From contig AP026162.1 in assembly GCA_030295235.1 (NCBI GenBank), forward strand, positions 186,001 to 250,000: a DNA stretch of 64,000 nucleotides, written 5' to 3'. Shown here one piece after another: positions 34,401 through 47,154 of the stretch (within the stretch, counting starts at the first letter, position 1; each line of letters begins with the position of its first letter). Made by a program: the position numbers and the translations under genes. The notes below the pieces were generated by a model. It was not told the DNA's origin, did no database searches, and saw nothing but the letters and a program-made list of their open reading frames with translations. Source of the stretch: Fistulifera solaris. Taxonomy: Eukaryota.

Positions 34401-36034
34401 TAAGCTGACATATCGTTGGCTTTTAGAGCCGCCATGCGCGCTTTCTCGGCCGCCACGGAGTCCTTCTCTTTCTTTCGCTCCTCTTTGTCGAGAGCATCAC
34501 GAATAGTTTTGGTGATGCGCGCAAGATCTGCTCTACGCTGCCTATGAAATTTAAAGAACTCTTGCTGGTGGCTCGTAATAGCCTTGCTGAACTCCTTGTG
34601 CTGTTTCAAATAAGAATCCGCCACTGTTTGCCTTGACTTTCGCGCGGCTCGATCGAGACCCTTGGCATGTTTCTTTGGCTCAATCTTTATTCTCTTGAAA
34701 CGTTCCGGGTCCAGCAACTCCACCACTTCCTCTTTTGTGGCTATCCCTCCACTTGATGCTGTAAAGGCAACTCTGGCAATCTTTTGCAGTCGTGCAGCTT
34801 CACGCAACATGGCGTTCTTCCGATGCACCGATGGTTCGAGAACAGGATCGGTGCTTGTCGATCGCACCAAAGCTCCCACCGAATAAGGGATAGTTCCAAA
34901 GCGTCCCTTTTGATTCATGAAAATCGCACTCTGTGCTCTCTTCCAGTTGCGTCGCTCCACCAGCTTGGCTTCATTTTCTTTGCTGACCCGCTCTTGTTGA
35001 GCTTTCAACTGTTCTTGCTTCTTTTCATGAGCAGTTGTTGTTGTTGCTGTTGTTGTTGCTGTAACATTATTTGCTGCTGTTGTTGCTGTTGTTGCTGCTG
35101 CTGTATCTGCTGTTGTTGTTGAAACTGCTGCTGCGCTCTCATCATTTGCTGACGCTGCACCAAGGTTGGTTCAGGTTTCACCGGCAACGGCGCCGCGGCT
35201 TTGGGTGGAGGATTCTTGCGTTGCAGTGCTTCACGCTCTCGGGCGACACGAGCCGCTTTCAGTATGGCATCTTCCGGTAGACCCATTTGGACGGCTTGTT
35301 GCAGTAAATTGGGAGCCACTTGACCGGCCGGATCTCGAATGGCGGACCAGACGGCTTTGGCCAACAACTCTTTCGCTTCGGGGCTGAGAACGCGTTTCGT
35401 CTTTCCTTTGTCTTGCACTACAATGACCGGAGGACCCGACTGTCGTTGTCGCTGTTGCGAGGCCTGCTGCTGCGCGACTTGCTGCATGCGCTGCTGTTGT
35501 TGCAGTAACTGTTGATGCTGTTGATTTAATTGTTGTTGCCGAATTTGTTGCTGTTTGTATTGCTCTTGCTGTTGCAAAATCTGCTGCTGCTGTTTATACT
35601 GCTCTTGCTGCATGTGCTGCGAGACCTGAGAAAAGAGCGTAGACGGTGTAGACGATGCTTTCATTTGAGCTGACGAATTCGTCAACGCCAGCGGATTCGG
35701 AACATTCCATGCGGCTCCTTGTTGCGCGTTAAAAAGACCTTGCGCGCCTGTAGAAGACTGTAAAGCTTGTTGATTACCTCCAGGAGGAAAGCGTAAAGCA
35801 GCTGCTGATTGCATCTGTGTAATCTGATGCTGTGTCGCTTGAGGAAAGGAAGGAATGGGCCGATGTAAAGCGTTGCTCATTCCTGCGGCCGCCCGCAGGA
35901 TGAGTACCCGAAATCTGTGTTGAACCGTTTGCATGAGGCAAAGCGCTGGAAGCGGAAGAAGCGGGAACGTTCGGTTGGCCATTGTGAACAGAGCCTTTTC
36001 CTTGCTGGTTTTGATGCGATGAATTATTGTCCAT
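31492..36034 (-). CDS. SWI/SNF ATPase (BRM/SNF2/SMARCA2-4-like) with Q-rich N-terminus and bromodomain; four introns, three apparent frameshifts (~35890, ~35023, ~31830)
   Basis: Motifs [44 protein letters not shown] and [11 protein letters not shown]. SnAC-like [10 protein letters not shown]. Bromodomain [17 protein letters not shown]. Confidence 0.93.
35033..35131 (-). repeat. CAG/CAA polyglutamine microsatellite within the SNF2 gene
   Basis: Runs of TGC/TGT triplets on the + strand encode poly-Q on the - strand. Confidence 0.9.
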
Positions 36035-36549
36035 GCTGTCGAAGCTTCGTCTCCGGACTTGGTGAGAGAAGGATGGGGCGAGAGAAGCAAACACTGCAAC
36101 GCTCACTTTCCTTTTTTCCATTGGTGGTTCGCTCGTTCACGTAGAATACGTAGACGTGGTACTGGACGCAGAACGAATGACTGCAAGGAACTGGTACAAA
36201 TTTCACGTTCATTCCTACGTGTCGCGGAGTGGTGATCATACGTCATCCGGTACATAACCTTTCGGAGTGTTTCGTGGCTACGAAAGTCCTTCGTGTTCTT
36301 GCTTGTCACAGTCACAGAGAGCACGAGCACGAGCACGAGATGACATTAACCAAACCAGTACCGGTGTGTGATCAACATTTTTAAAATCAAAACAAACGTC
36401 GTAAAACGTGCAAAAACAAAGTATTATCCGAACAGGTACTGGTATTGGTACCTCGGCTTCGACGTCTAGATGCGTCGAAAGCCCCTGCGGCTCGGGGAGC
36501 TTTCTTCGTTCTTGCCCAAATTTAGGACAAGCTCAAATAAATTAACTCA

Positions 36550-37706
36550 TGACTCATGACTGAAATGCAGTCGTGGTGAAAACGGACAACAATTTGGGTC
36601 TTTAGTAAAATACGGCAGAGAACGTTTCGCAAGGCGTTTCGACGTACAGATATCCAGGCGTGTAATGCAAACACTGCTAACAACTATTGCCTTGCAACAA
36701 TGACTAATGGATTACAGGAAAGATTGCTGACGAACGAACTATGAGGCAGCATTGTCGCTCGAAAGAAATTTGATTCATGACTGAATCGCAGTCGTGGTCT
36801 CATTAAACCAACACTTTGGGTCTATAGTAAATACGGAAAACAACGTTTCGCAAGGCGCTTCGACTTAAAATATATGGGCGTGTAATGTAAACGCCGTCGA
36901 TGACTATTTCATTGCGACAAAGACAAATTGAACTCAAGATATTGTGGTGAACGAAGGATTTGTAGGCAGCATTGTCGCTCGGAAGAATTTGATGATTCTT
37001 GACCTAACACTTTGGAACCATAGTCAATACGGAAAATAACGCTTCGCAAGCTTTTTGACGTAAAACATAATGGTGCGTCAATGCAAACTCTGTCGATGAC
37101 TATTTCATTGCAACAAAAACAAGTTGAGCTCAAGATATTTTGGTGAACGAAGGATTTGTAGGCCGCATTTGTCGCTCGAAAGAAATTTGATTCATGACTG
37201 AATCGCAGTCGTGGTCTCATTAAACCAACACTTTGGGTCTATAGTAAATACGGAACACAACTTTTCGCAAGGCGCTTCGACGTAAAATATATGGGCGTGT
37301 AATGTAAACGCCGTCGATGACTATTTCATTGCGACAAAGACAAATTGAGCTCAAGATATTGTTGTGAACGAAGGATTTGTAGGCCGCGTTGTCGCTCGAA
37401 AGAAATTTGATTCATGACTGGATTGCAGTCGTGGTCTCCTTAAACCAACACTTTGGGTCCATAGTAAATACGGAAAATAACGTTTCGCTGGCTCTTTAAC
37501 GTAAAATATTTTTATTTTATTTAAGAACGTGTAATGAAAACGCTGTCGATGACTATTTAATTGCAACAAAGACAAGTTGAGCTCAAGATATTTTGGTGAA
37601 CAAAGGATTTGTAGGCCGCATTTGTCGCTCGAAAGAAATTTGATTCATGACTGAATCGCAGTCGTGGTCTCCTTAAACCAACACTTTGGGTCTATAGTAA
37701 ATACGG
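36550..37706. repeat. Tandem repeat, ~220-bp unit, ~5.3 copies
   Basis: TCATGACTG anchor at 36554, 36775, 37192, 37412 and 37645. The copy near 36990 lacks this block. The shared ACTTTGGGTCTATAGTAAATACGG block recurs. Confidence 0.95.
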
Positions 37707-38224
37707 TTATACTTGTTTTGAAGCAGACGGAAATTCTGATGTCTATGTTTTTGGGCAATGAACAACGTTTGTTCACACCACATTGCCATAGCCTTCCTTC
37801 GGCGTCAAGCCCAGACGCCCCGGACCGGCGTTACATTACATAACGTTTACGTTGCTTTGCGTCACGTTACTTGACACACATCAGATAGGAGCCCCTCTGT
37901 TCGCATGTTTCACATGTTTGACCTGGCAGCGGTTCGGTGTTTGGTGGATTTCATCCATTGTCCATTGGGTCAGTTGTGTTTCTCTAACTCGATTAGGGAT
38001 TCGGTTCTCTTGTAGGGATAGAACGTAAGCATAGTAAGTTCTAGCCATTTTTGGACAGTGCGCGCTACCAGTATTATTTTATCACAAATAAGCGCGTTGG
38101 TGCCTCATTCCCTTGGTGATGCTTTTGATGATTACAGAAGTAACTGAAAGGGCACTCACATCATTACTTTAAAGCATTCAATAGGTGATCAAATTAACAA
38201 AATGCTCTTCTATTCACATTTGAT

Positions 38225-39109
38225 CTATATTTTCTTTAGCACATCTTCAAAGTTCACAACCGCGCAGATTCCAGGATCGCGCCACTCGTAGATAGGTTTG
38301 TCGTTTGAGACGATTAGACATCCACCTAGCTGAGTCAGTACTCCAGCTTCAAGTGCAGCTTCATCAGGGGCGAGATCTTTCCATTTTGAAAGAGAGATAC
38401 CGATCATTGATTGTAGTCGCAACGTGGCTAGTTCCAGAGGACGACGCGGCCACGCTCCTACCCATGGTAATTCTGTGAACTTGTTGGCTTTGACAGAGCC
38501 GTCCGCATTTAACTCCAAGGCTGTGTCGGGCCACCTTCCTTTTCTTTGTCCAACAGCAAGGGCATCCTCAATCCACGGCTGAGCTACAAAAGGATTTCCG
38601 ATGTATCCGCCAATGACAGCTGGTAATGTCGCCCAAGCGCCGAGACCAAACAACATTCCAAACAGTTTGAGAAACGGATTGATATCATTGTTTTCAGGAA
38701 GCCAGCCACGTTCCACACCAAATGCACGTCCTGCTTTGCCTTCATTATCGACCCAGAGTTCGATTGAATCTGGTAGATCTATTACTTCTTTCAATAACTT
38801 GGCCGCTTCTGGTTGACAATTCAATATGAACGAGCATTTCTCTACTCCAGATTCCTGAAGTTTCGGCCAATAATATCGCAGTCGTTGTCCGTATTCGATC
38901 GCGTTAAAGTCAGCAGCATAAGTTCCAAATACTACGCAACGTTTGCCTGTAGAGAGCCACTCTCCGACATCAATCTCCGTCGGCTTCCCAGAGGGATCGG
39001 CATTCTGTACGGAGGCTACTCGCACTCCCGAAAGGGGCTGGTAGGCGTCGGTCAAGGCAGTCCCCGAGAAAGCCGCGGTGAGGCAGTGGATGAAGGCGTG
39101 AAGTTTCAT
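38225..39109 (-). CDS. AhpC/TSA-2 (PRXL2/AAED1-like) thioredoxin-fold protein, likely plastid
   Basis: Signal peptide ending TDA-YQP. Motifs [22 protein letters not shown] and [10 protein letters not shown]...YEWRD. No CxxC. Confidence 0.7.
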   Translation of the reverse strand: MKLHAFIHCLTAAFSGTALTDAYQPLSGVRVASVQNADPSGKPTEIDVGEWLSTGKRCVVFGTYAADFNAIEYGQRLRYYWPKLQESGVEKCSFILNCQPEAAKLLKEVIDLPDSIELWVDNEGKAGRAFGVERGWLPENNDINPFLKLFGMLFGLGAWATLPAVIGGYIGNPFVAQPWIEDALAVGQRKGRWPDTALELNADGSVKANKFTELPWVGAWPRRPLELATLRLQSMIGISLSKWKDLAPDEAALEAGVLTQLGGCLIVSNDKPIYEWRDPGICAVVNFEDVLKKI

Positions 39110-39432
39110 GAGATAGTAGTTGTTTGGTATGTAATTACCAGGTACCTTTACATTAGATGCAATACTGCAAACTTTTACTCGTTTCTCGTTATCCGTTTTG
39201 TTTTTTGCATGCGTGTTTTCCGCCGTTCAACGTCATTATTCGTGACTGAACAAAAGATTAGAAACACACCGGCCGTAGTACAGACGCGAGCTCCCACCAT
39301 CATCGAAAAAAACGAGAAAATTCTCCAACAAAACGACCACAAAAAGATTCCATTCTGAACACATCTCTTTCAAAAGTAGTTGTTATCGTGTCTTTTATTC
39401 TTTATTCTTCACTTCTCTTTTTCTTCTTAGCC

Positions 39433-40535
39433 ATGTCAGAGGAAGCCAAGAAAGATTTGCGGGAACGCCTCGAGTTCTTCTTTTCCGATGCGAATTTGCG
39501 CCAAGATGATTTTTATGCGCAAGATTCTACTCAAAAACACGGGAGACTATCCTCATCAAATCACCGTAGACGTCCTGTTGAAATTCAATACCATCAAATC
39601 CTACACGACAGACGCGGCTGTTCTCGTTGAGGTTGCCAAGTCGCTGCCCGAGAAGTTGGTTGTTTCGTCGGATGAAAAGGCCATCGGCCGAGTGAATACC
39701 TTCACTGTGGATCAGATGAAGGGCATCTTCCTCTGTCTCTTTACATTTCAAACCTTCCTCTCAAGAAATCAGATGATGACAAACAGGAGTATGCAATCAA
39801 AGCGGATCAGCTACGTGACATCTTTCAAGAATACGGAAAGGTTGCAATGGTAAAGCTCCGATTCCGTAATGATCGAAATAGCAAACGTCGTCAACCCAAG
39901 GGAAGTGCATGGGTCGAGTTTGAAGACGCAGACTCTGTCGCCAAAGCGGCTGCCGACGTCTTAACTGTCAAAGACGGGGCTGAAGTTGAGCCGAAGCGTA
40001 AGATCGAACTGGAAGGATCGCAGATTGGAGTTGAGCTACTAGAAGAACATGAAGGTCTGAAAAGAAGAGGGATGTGAATGGAACGTCAAAAGGAGAAGCC
40101 CAAAATGGAGATGACGATGAAGAGAAAAAAGACAAATCGGCAGAATTCGTTTTGGATTGGAAGCCTGGTTGTGTTATTCGGTTGGAAGGTTTGTCGGTGG
40201 AGGAATGTGACCGCGAGGCTATTCTTGATGCGGTAGCCGAAGGTCTCTCTATTACGGTTGATGAAGTCAAAGAGCGAAAGATCTATGCTGATTATTCACG
40301 AGGACAAGAGAATGGGGCGATCCGATTCCCAGACGTTGCGGATGACATCAAAACGCTTTGTGAGAAATTCGCGTCGGGGGATGTCAAGGTGAAAGGAGCG
40401 GTGGTCAAAGTGGCTAAAATTCTGGAAGGCGATGAAGAGACCACCTACTGGAATGATTTCATTGAATTCAAAAAGAAGCAAAAACAAAACCATGGGTCTA
40501 ATCAGAAGAGAAACAAAAAGTTTCGCCGAGATTAA
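39433..40535 (+). CDS. La (SSB/LARP7-like) RNA-binding protein; three apparent frameshifts (~39512, ~39721, ~40060)
   Basis: La motif RLEFFFSDANL..D.FMR..LLKFNTIK, RRM1 (SLYISNLP, KGSAWVEF), RRM2 (GCVIRL, YADYSRG, LEGDEE..YW) and a basic tail. Confidence 0.88.
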
Positions 40536-40549
40536 TAAATTATTTTCTG

Positions 40550-41739
40550 TTAACATGGTTGTTTTCCGTCTTCTAGTTGCTGTTTTGCCAGTTGTACGGC
40601 TTCGTCTGCAATGGCCCTGACCGGTACGTCGAGCGACTTTGCTATTCTGACGCAGTGGTCAAATTCCGCCTTCATTGACACGACTTCTCCACCAAGATAT
40701 CCGACTTTCACATCGACTCGCATTGCCTTCGCCTCATCCGAACTCCATGTTTTGCTTGTGACAGTCACCAAGGTCCGATTCAAGGAGACTCTGTCTAGTC
40801 CCGTGACACGAATTCCCAGTGTCGTACTATGACGAAACAAGAGCTCAAGACAGGTGTTTTGATTCGATTCTTTACAGAGACAGTGAATCGTATGCGCGGC
40901 TCTTCCTTTTTCATGACAATAGGAGTTATCCATGCGTCAGCAGCACCCCCTCGCGTCAACAGCATATCGACACAGAAGGCCAAATACTCGGCGGTGCAAT
41001 CATCAATGTTGGCTTCTAACATGAGTAACTTATTCGTCTGCCACAGGGGTGTCGAAGACAAGGGCGGTGTGGTAGTCATGGGCGTGCCCACGGATACAGA
41101 GGTCGCGTGAGAAAACGGAGAGTGGTATTCGCCATGACAATGCTGCGTCAAAATCATTGGTAGCGGAGAGTAATCGACGGCGTCGCGTTTGTCGACGTCC
41201 AAAAGTATCTTCAACAACGGTAGGGCATTGTTAGAAACCAAAGGAACCGGCGACGTAACGATTACGGGTAACTGTTCCCAAAGAGAAGGGCAATTTTTCA
41301 TTATAGTTGAAAGAACAGGAATCGGACTCAGCGATATGTTTTGAACATCGAAACGCTCCAGCCACCAAAGTATGCACATTGCTAAAATCGCAACTTCTAC
41401 TCGCTTCAAGGGAGACACGGCGTCGTATTCCGCTGTCATTTCAATGAGTTTTTGAACATAAGCGCGTCCTTTTCGTACAGAAGTTTCTTGTAAATTGGTG
41501 CTTTGGTCGATGGTTGACAATACATCATCCAACACTGCTGATTCTTCAAAACGAATATGAAAGAAAGGCTCGCAGGATAGAAGTTTTATTTCGCGCACGA
41601 TACGTGGAAATGTTTGTAAAATCATTTCTTCGATCAACTCCAGAGACAATCCCTTCGGAGCATCGATGGACAAAATCGCCTTCGCCAAAGAATGTACTGT
41701 CAAGCCTTCGGAGCAGTTGATGTGTAGTAATAGGGGCAT
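40550..41739 (-). CDS. LarC-like (DUF111, nickel-insertion protein family) protein with divergent N-terminal domain; apparent frameshift ~40908
   Basis: C-terminal LEANIDDCTAE, PIVMKK|GRAA, FRHSTTLGIR, VDVKVG and KAEFDHC match the LarC C-terminal pattern E.N.DD / P..MKK.R / TT.GIR / KPEY.D. Confidence 0.8.
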
Positions 41740-42261
41740 GGTGTTTTGAATTTCTTAACGATAACTGTGTGTGTCTAATGTATTGATCTTTATGATCCGT
41801 ATCGCCATTTTCGTTCTCTTTTCGCAAATATTAGGTGCAAGGTGAAGAGGACGAGTGCAGGTCGCATTGTGATGGTTCGATCGATCGAGATCTATTTTGA
41901 CTTTTTGAATGTTTCTTGCCTTTCCGTTGAAAAAAAGTAATTTACAATTTACGTATACTAAGTCAGGTTTTATAATAAGTATAATCCGTCTTAACTGTAT
42001 CGTTGAAGTCATTGCCGTTAAACCATTTTCGTCCACCAGCTGAAAGCGTTACTCAGTACTCTAGCTCAAACAGTACATTAGGTCCAAGTTCCGGATGGAT
42101 TAGATTCTGGTTCCGGGTATCTTTGTGAAGGTGAGACATGTTGACGCAAGCGAGTGGACGAACCCAACTCATGAAGCAAACAAGAGTCGCACATAAAAGC
42201 TCAGGCAACAAGCAACGCATTTCGGCTTTAAACTATCATTGTTAAAAACGACATATCGACG

Positions 42262-45200
42262 ATGGAGGCCGAGTACGTCAACAAACCGGAAGCCGGCGCC
42301 TCTCCTCGCGCGTTTTGTCCCCCTGGCCTCGACATGGATCAAATGGAAAGTCTGGTGGAGAATTTCGCCAAAGAAGATAGTTTCGAAAGCAAAACGATTA
42401 CGAGAATTATTGTGGAGAGGTATCTTTCCAAGGTATGTAATCAAAGGAATGAAAGTATTCTCTGTAGAGTGCTCTCAGCTCATACTTTCTCTCTAGATCC
42501 TTTGGTACAATCCAGCACAAAATTACAAAAATGCTCCTTCCTTGAGCAAGGCATACGCTTACTTTGAACACATTACACTCCCACGTTACGTTGTAGGCGA
42601 TAATCAGGCGGGACATGTGATGCATCGGGCCGAACCGGGCGAGAGCTCGTTGAAAACGGAGCTCTATCCGGCGTTTACCACTCCTCCCTCCAGTCTCATC
42701 GAATGGGGGATCGGCATTGATATGTATTTTTCCAGTATCCGTTTGTTAGGACTGCTGTTATTGCTCGCCGGTTTGATGCATTTACCCAACGCCTTCTTTT
42801 ATGCGAGTGAAGAATACAGTCCGGACGGTCGGAGTGCCGATTTTCCGTTGGCGCTCAAAGGGACCGCCGTTTGCACCACGGGGGAATGGGTCGTGTGCGA
42901 CGAGAGTTGTCGGGGGAAGTGGAGCGGTTCCCAGGCAGAGGAGCAAAGATACTTGTTGGATGGTGATACAATCTTGGTCTTTCGCAACACGTGTGAGGGT
43001 GGTCAGCTCCAACAGGGCATTGTCAATTATATCGTCCTCATCTTTCTGCTGGTCACAATCTCCCTTTTATTTATTATCTTCGGGCGCGGGAAATCCGGTT
43101 TGATGAAGACAAGTAAGTCATGGTAATATTAATGCCTGCGCTTCCCTGAATCGGTTCTCATCCTCTGTCTTTCAACACAGGCTGACCGCGACCGACTATA
43201 GTGTCCTGGTGGCAAATCCTCCTCCCGATGCGATTGACCCCGATGAATGGAGGGATTTTTTCAATCAGTTTGCTGATAAAGGGGGAGGTGTCACAGCTGT
43301 CACAATTGCGTTGAACAACGAGGAATTGGTCCGAAAATTGATTTACCGTCGTGTGCACCGCAACAATTTGAGGATAAAACTACCCAAAGGTATTGACATG
43401 GACGACGAAGACATGGTCCGGTCTGCCGTGGCCGACTACATGCGAGAAACGGAAGCGGAACCCAGAGGTCCTTTCTATAGGCTATTTTCGTGTACTCTGC
43501 TACCTATTCTGAATTTGTTTGGGATGCTTTTGTCAGCGGATGTTTTGGTAGATAAAGTATTTGCATTGACGGAAGAAATCAAAGAGCTTCAAAAGAAAAA
43601 ATACGATGCTGTCAAGGTTTTTGTTACATTCGAAACGGAAGCAGGGCAGAGATCGGCGTTGTCCGCCCTTGCGGTGAGCAGACTTGATATCATGTTCAAC
43701 AAGACCGATAACGTGCCACCCAGCATTGTCTTTCAAGGTACGGTTCTCAAAGTAGCGGAGCCCAAGGAACCCAACTCGATTCGATGGCTTGATTTGAGCG
43801 CTGGAACGTTTCAGCGCGTCGTATGGAGACTGATCAATGCCGCTATTACGGTGGGAATTGTTTCCTTTACGGGATATCTGGTCACTATGGCTCGATACAA
43901 TGTCGGTACCAGTTTGTCGTCCATTATGGTCTCAGTCTTCAATTCTATCATTCCTGTGGTGGTCAAAATATTGATGATATTGGAAAAGCACCATACAGAA
44001 GGAACGTTTCAGTCGAGCTTATATCTCAAGATTACTCTCTTTCGATGGGTCAATACGGCTCTTTTAACGAAATTGCTTACTCCTTTCACCATGACACTTT
44101 CAGATCGGAAAGAGGATGTCATTCGGCAGATTAACGCGATTCTCTGGGCGGAACTATGGCTGGTACCGGGAATGCGACTGCTGGATATTTCCAGTAATAT
44201 TAAAAAGCATATTCTTGCACCTAGGGCGCACACGCAAGAGGAAATGAATTTGTGGTTTCAAGGAACTCGTTTCAATCTCGGTGAAAGATACACTGACTTG
44301 ACGAAAGTGCTATTTGTCTGTTTCTTCTATTCGGCTCTCATGCCTACGGTTTTCTTCTTTGGCTCCGCAATCTTGTTTCTGCAGTACTTCGTAAGTGGAG
44401 GCACTGTTTATTATGGAATGTGGCATTGACGCATGCACTCACTCCTTTGGCCTGTTTTAAGGCTGATTTGTACTGTCTAACTCGCATATGGGGCTGGAGT
44501 CCCTCTATCGGTAATGAATTGGCCAGATTCAGTCGTCGTTACTTTTTTACGGGATCGTTACTTGCTTACGCTATTGTGTCCGCATATGCATTTGCGCAGT
44601 TCCCTTACGATAACGTGTGCGATGTATCAGACAAGTACACCATCGATAAGTTTACCTACACCAACGCCGTGTTTCAAAATGGGACGGCATACGGTAAGAC
44701 AGTCGAGGTCTCACAAGATACGCGGGTTCAGTTCTGTGATCAGAGCTATTCGCACTTTGAAGGATTTGTTTTCCCACCTACGGAAAGGGTCCAGCGACTG
44801 GGCCAGAGGTGGATGTCTGATTCCCAGGCTATGTTGTCCAACCTTTATGGATTCACGGCCTTGGTTCTAGTTCTTATTTACATTATTATCTTCTTTGGAG
44901 CGTCGCTGCGAAACTTCTTCGTTTCATGGTTTCGTGGCGTTTACGTAACCGACGGCCAAGATCAGCATATCGATTTTTCGGCCCATCCTGGAATAGTTTG
45001 TTACGTGCCGCAAGTTAGATGGGCGGGGTTCCCTTTTCCATTTTTGGCTTGCGATATCGACAGAATAGATCAGGATTTGATCGGATGGAATGACCCTCAT
45101 CGATCCTACGATTATCATAATCTAATGTTTGATGTGCCTTGGGATGGAATGCCAAGGAAAAAAATAATCTACGAAAATACCCGAGGCAAGAAACAGATTG

Positions 45201-45358
45201 CTGCGCATGATGGCTTCCAAGAAAACTCGAATCGTCTTTCCGTGAAAACGAAATCTGGTCAGGTTTGTGCTGCTCGACCGATTTTCTCTATAATCAGTCA
45301 CTATCCTCCAGAATGGGTGTTGAAACTGGAGGTTGATGTTGATACGAAAACTGATTAA
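42262..45358 (+). CDS. OSCA/TMEM63/TMC-superfamily-like multi-pass membrane protein; introns 42433..42496, 43113..43180, 44391..44461; apparent frameshift ~43068
   Basis: Motifs WGIGIDMYF, TDYSVLVANPP, VFVTFETE, EPKEPNSIRW, LEKHHT, FNLGERY and FFYSALMP. Many transmembrane segments. Confidence 0.75.
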
Positions 45359-45438
45359 GCTAATAGAACGTACATTTCAAAATGTAAGTTTCTCATTTGA
45401 TCGATATACCAGCGTTTTAGTAGACTTTTCAAATGCAT

Positions 45439-47154
45439 TTAGCCTTCCAAATCGCTTACATGTGGCCAGAATCCTCCCCAGCGACTTTTTCGAGCTGCGG
45501 CATAGAGACCAGGCGCAGCAATCGATGCTGACTTACTCACTTTGTACCTAGCGATCCTACCTGGTGCAGCACAGCCTTCAATGAAAGCGTGTCCCTTCTT
45601 CTTCCTGGGCGCTCGTACGATACGAGAAAAAGAAGAACGCTCTTCCCGTACTATTTCCAAACCCAAAGCACCTTCATCTTCGTGTGATAGATATGTTTTT
45701 TCGAACGTTTGCGCCCTTTGATCAAGATCATGAAACGCTATCATTGCATCCTGAACATCGTCTTCCACACGTATGTGAGAATTCACCAAACTTTCTTTAA
45801 GAAGCTGTGTGAGCGAGTTGTCGATTTTCCGGTTGTTCTCGTATTCGTTCGATTTTGAACGTTTCTGTACCACCAAATAAGAAAATTTCTCACTTTTGCT
45901 CTTTCCTCGCTGTGCCGGTAGCGAATGGACAAAACTACAGTAACCTCGGGACATTTCGGGCTGCTCCACCTCGTCTTCATCATTGTCTATATCTTCATTG
46001 TCTTCGTCGTCCGTTTCATCCGTTTCATCCTTATCATCTATTATGTCTTGTTGTGTTTTCTTCCAATTGTTAGGTCTGGAATGCGGTGGCAACCGTTCCA
46101 AGGGACATGGTCCATGGTGTGTACAAGGAGCGAGTATGCAAAAATCATCCTGCGTATCCTCTTGTGCGGCAGCGAGTAAGAAATTCCGCACCATTCGAAT
46201 AGTGGCAAAGCCGTCGGGCGTACCGGGCTCAATGACGACGAGTACTCCCTGATCGTTTAATTTTTCCCACAAGAGTGTAATGACCGACAGTGCTGCGGAT
46301 CCATACGGCAATTCGGTCAATCCGTAGGCACAGAGCGCCAGGTCGAACGAAGCTATTTCTGACGAAATGGCGTCCTCCTTGTTGGAGGAGGACAAATACG
46401 ATGAGAATGTCACTCGCGGAGGTAAATTGTGCTGTTCCAAAATGTCTTGAAACATTTCTTGAGCACATTGCCGCATAGTCTGTGACGGATCAATCCCATG
46501 AATCCACTCAATGGGTGATGATGTTTTGTTGGCATCTACCGAACGATTCGAAAACACTTCCAGTGCCGCAGCGGACGCGCTGCCACATCCAATTCCAAAG
46601 TCCAGAATCCTACGTGGCTGCCATGAGGAGTCATTGCTACCTTTGGGCTTCATGAGCAACGCTTGTGTTTCTTGTAAGACGCGACTGACGACCGCCCAGT
46701 TGGGTTGGAAGCGAAAATATAAGGATGCCCACGTTTCTTCTCGTCCGTATAAAACCAACGGAGTATCCGACTTTTTCGCTGGATCATTCCGCAACAGTCT
46801 CCTTCGTTCAGCTTCTCGTTGTTTGACCAGATTTTTATGTACATTCACGATACGATCTTGATAGACTTGTTGTAAATGTTTGCGTTTGTGCAGTTGAGGT
46901 ATGGGCGGTAAGGCTTCCGCATCTGTCACTCTCCAAGGTGCGCGTGCGGAGAGTTCGAGTAATGTTTTCCAGGGCTGTCGCTCTTCCGTTTCGTCGTCCT
47001 CTTCCTCCAAATCATCTGGATCAACCGCCGCTGGATGAGAAATGGACGGTTTTGTGGCGGATGTATTTATTTGTCGTATGCTGATCCGCATCAGCTGGGT
47101 TTGTACGGAAGAAGGTAGACGTCGATACGTTAGCAAACTACTTGATCGTATCAT
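45439..47154 (-). CDS. RSM22: Mitochondrial small ribosomal subunit assembly factor RSM22/METTL17-like
   Basis: Motifs ILDFGIGCG, LVVIEPGTPDGF, ILAPCTHHGPCPL, YCSF, EKFSYLVV, RIVRAPRKKKGH and YAAARKSRWG. Mitochondrial-type N-terminus. Confidence 0.9.
   Translation of the reverse strand: MIRSSSLLTYRRLPSSVQTQLMRISIRQINTSATKPSISHPAAVDPDDLEEEDDETEERQPWKTLLELSARAPWRVTDAEALPPIPQLHKRKHLQQVYQDRIVNVHKNLVKQREAERRRLLRNDPAKKSDTPLVLYGREETWASLYFRFQPNWAVVSRVLQETQALLMKPKGSNDSSWQPRRILDFGIGCGSASAAALEVFSNRSVDANKTSSPIEWIHGIDPSQTMRQCAQEMFQDILEQHNLPPRVTFSSYLSSSNKEDAISSEIASFDLALCAYGLTELPYGSAALSVITLLWEKLNDQGVLVVIEPGTPDGFATIRMVRNFLLAAAQEDTQDDFCILAPCTHHGPCPLERLPPHSRPNNWKKTQQDIIDDKDETDETDDEDNEDIDNDEDEVEQPEMSRGYCSFVHSLPAQRGKSKSEKFSYLVVQKRSKSNEYENNRKIDNSLTQLLKESLVNSHIRVEDDVQDAMIAFHDLDQRAQTFEKTYLSHEDEGALGLEIVREERSSFSRIVRAPRKKKGHAFIEGCAAPGRIARYKVSKSASIAAPGLYAAARKSRWGGFWPHVSDLEG

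Noticed and set aside
34784..35280. Poly-Cys and poly-Leu ORFs
   Set aside because: Opposite-strand readings of the poly-Q tract in the SNF2 gene.
40900..40915. Programmed ribosomal frameshift in the LarC-like gene, as in split larC1/larC2 genes of some bacteria
   Set aside because: The break lies inside the conserved MKKGR motif at an A5 run, not at the domain boundary. It matches the homopolymer error pattern seen throughout the window.
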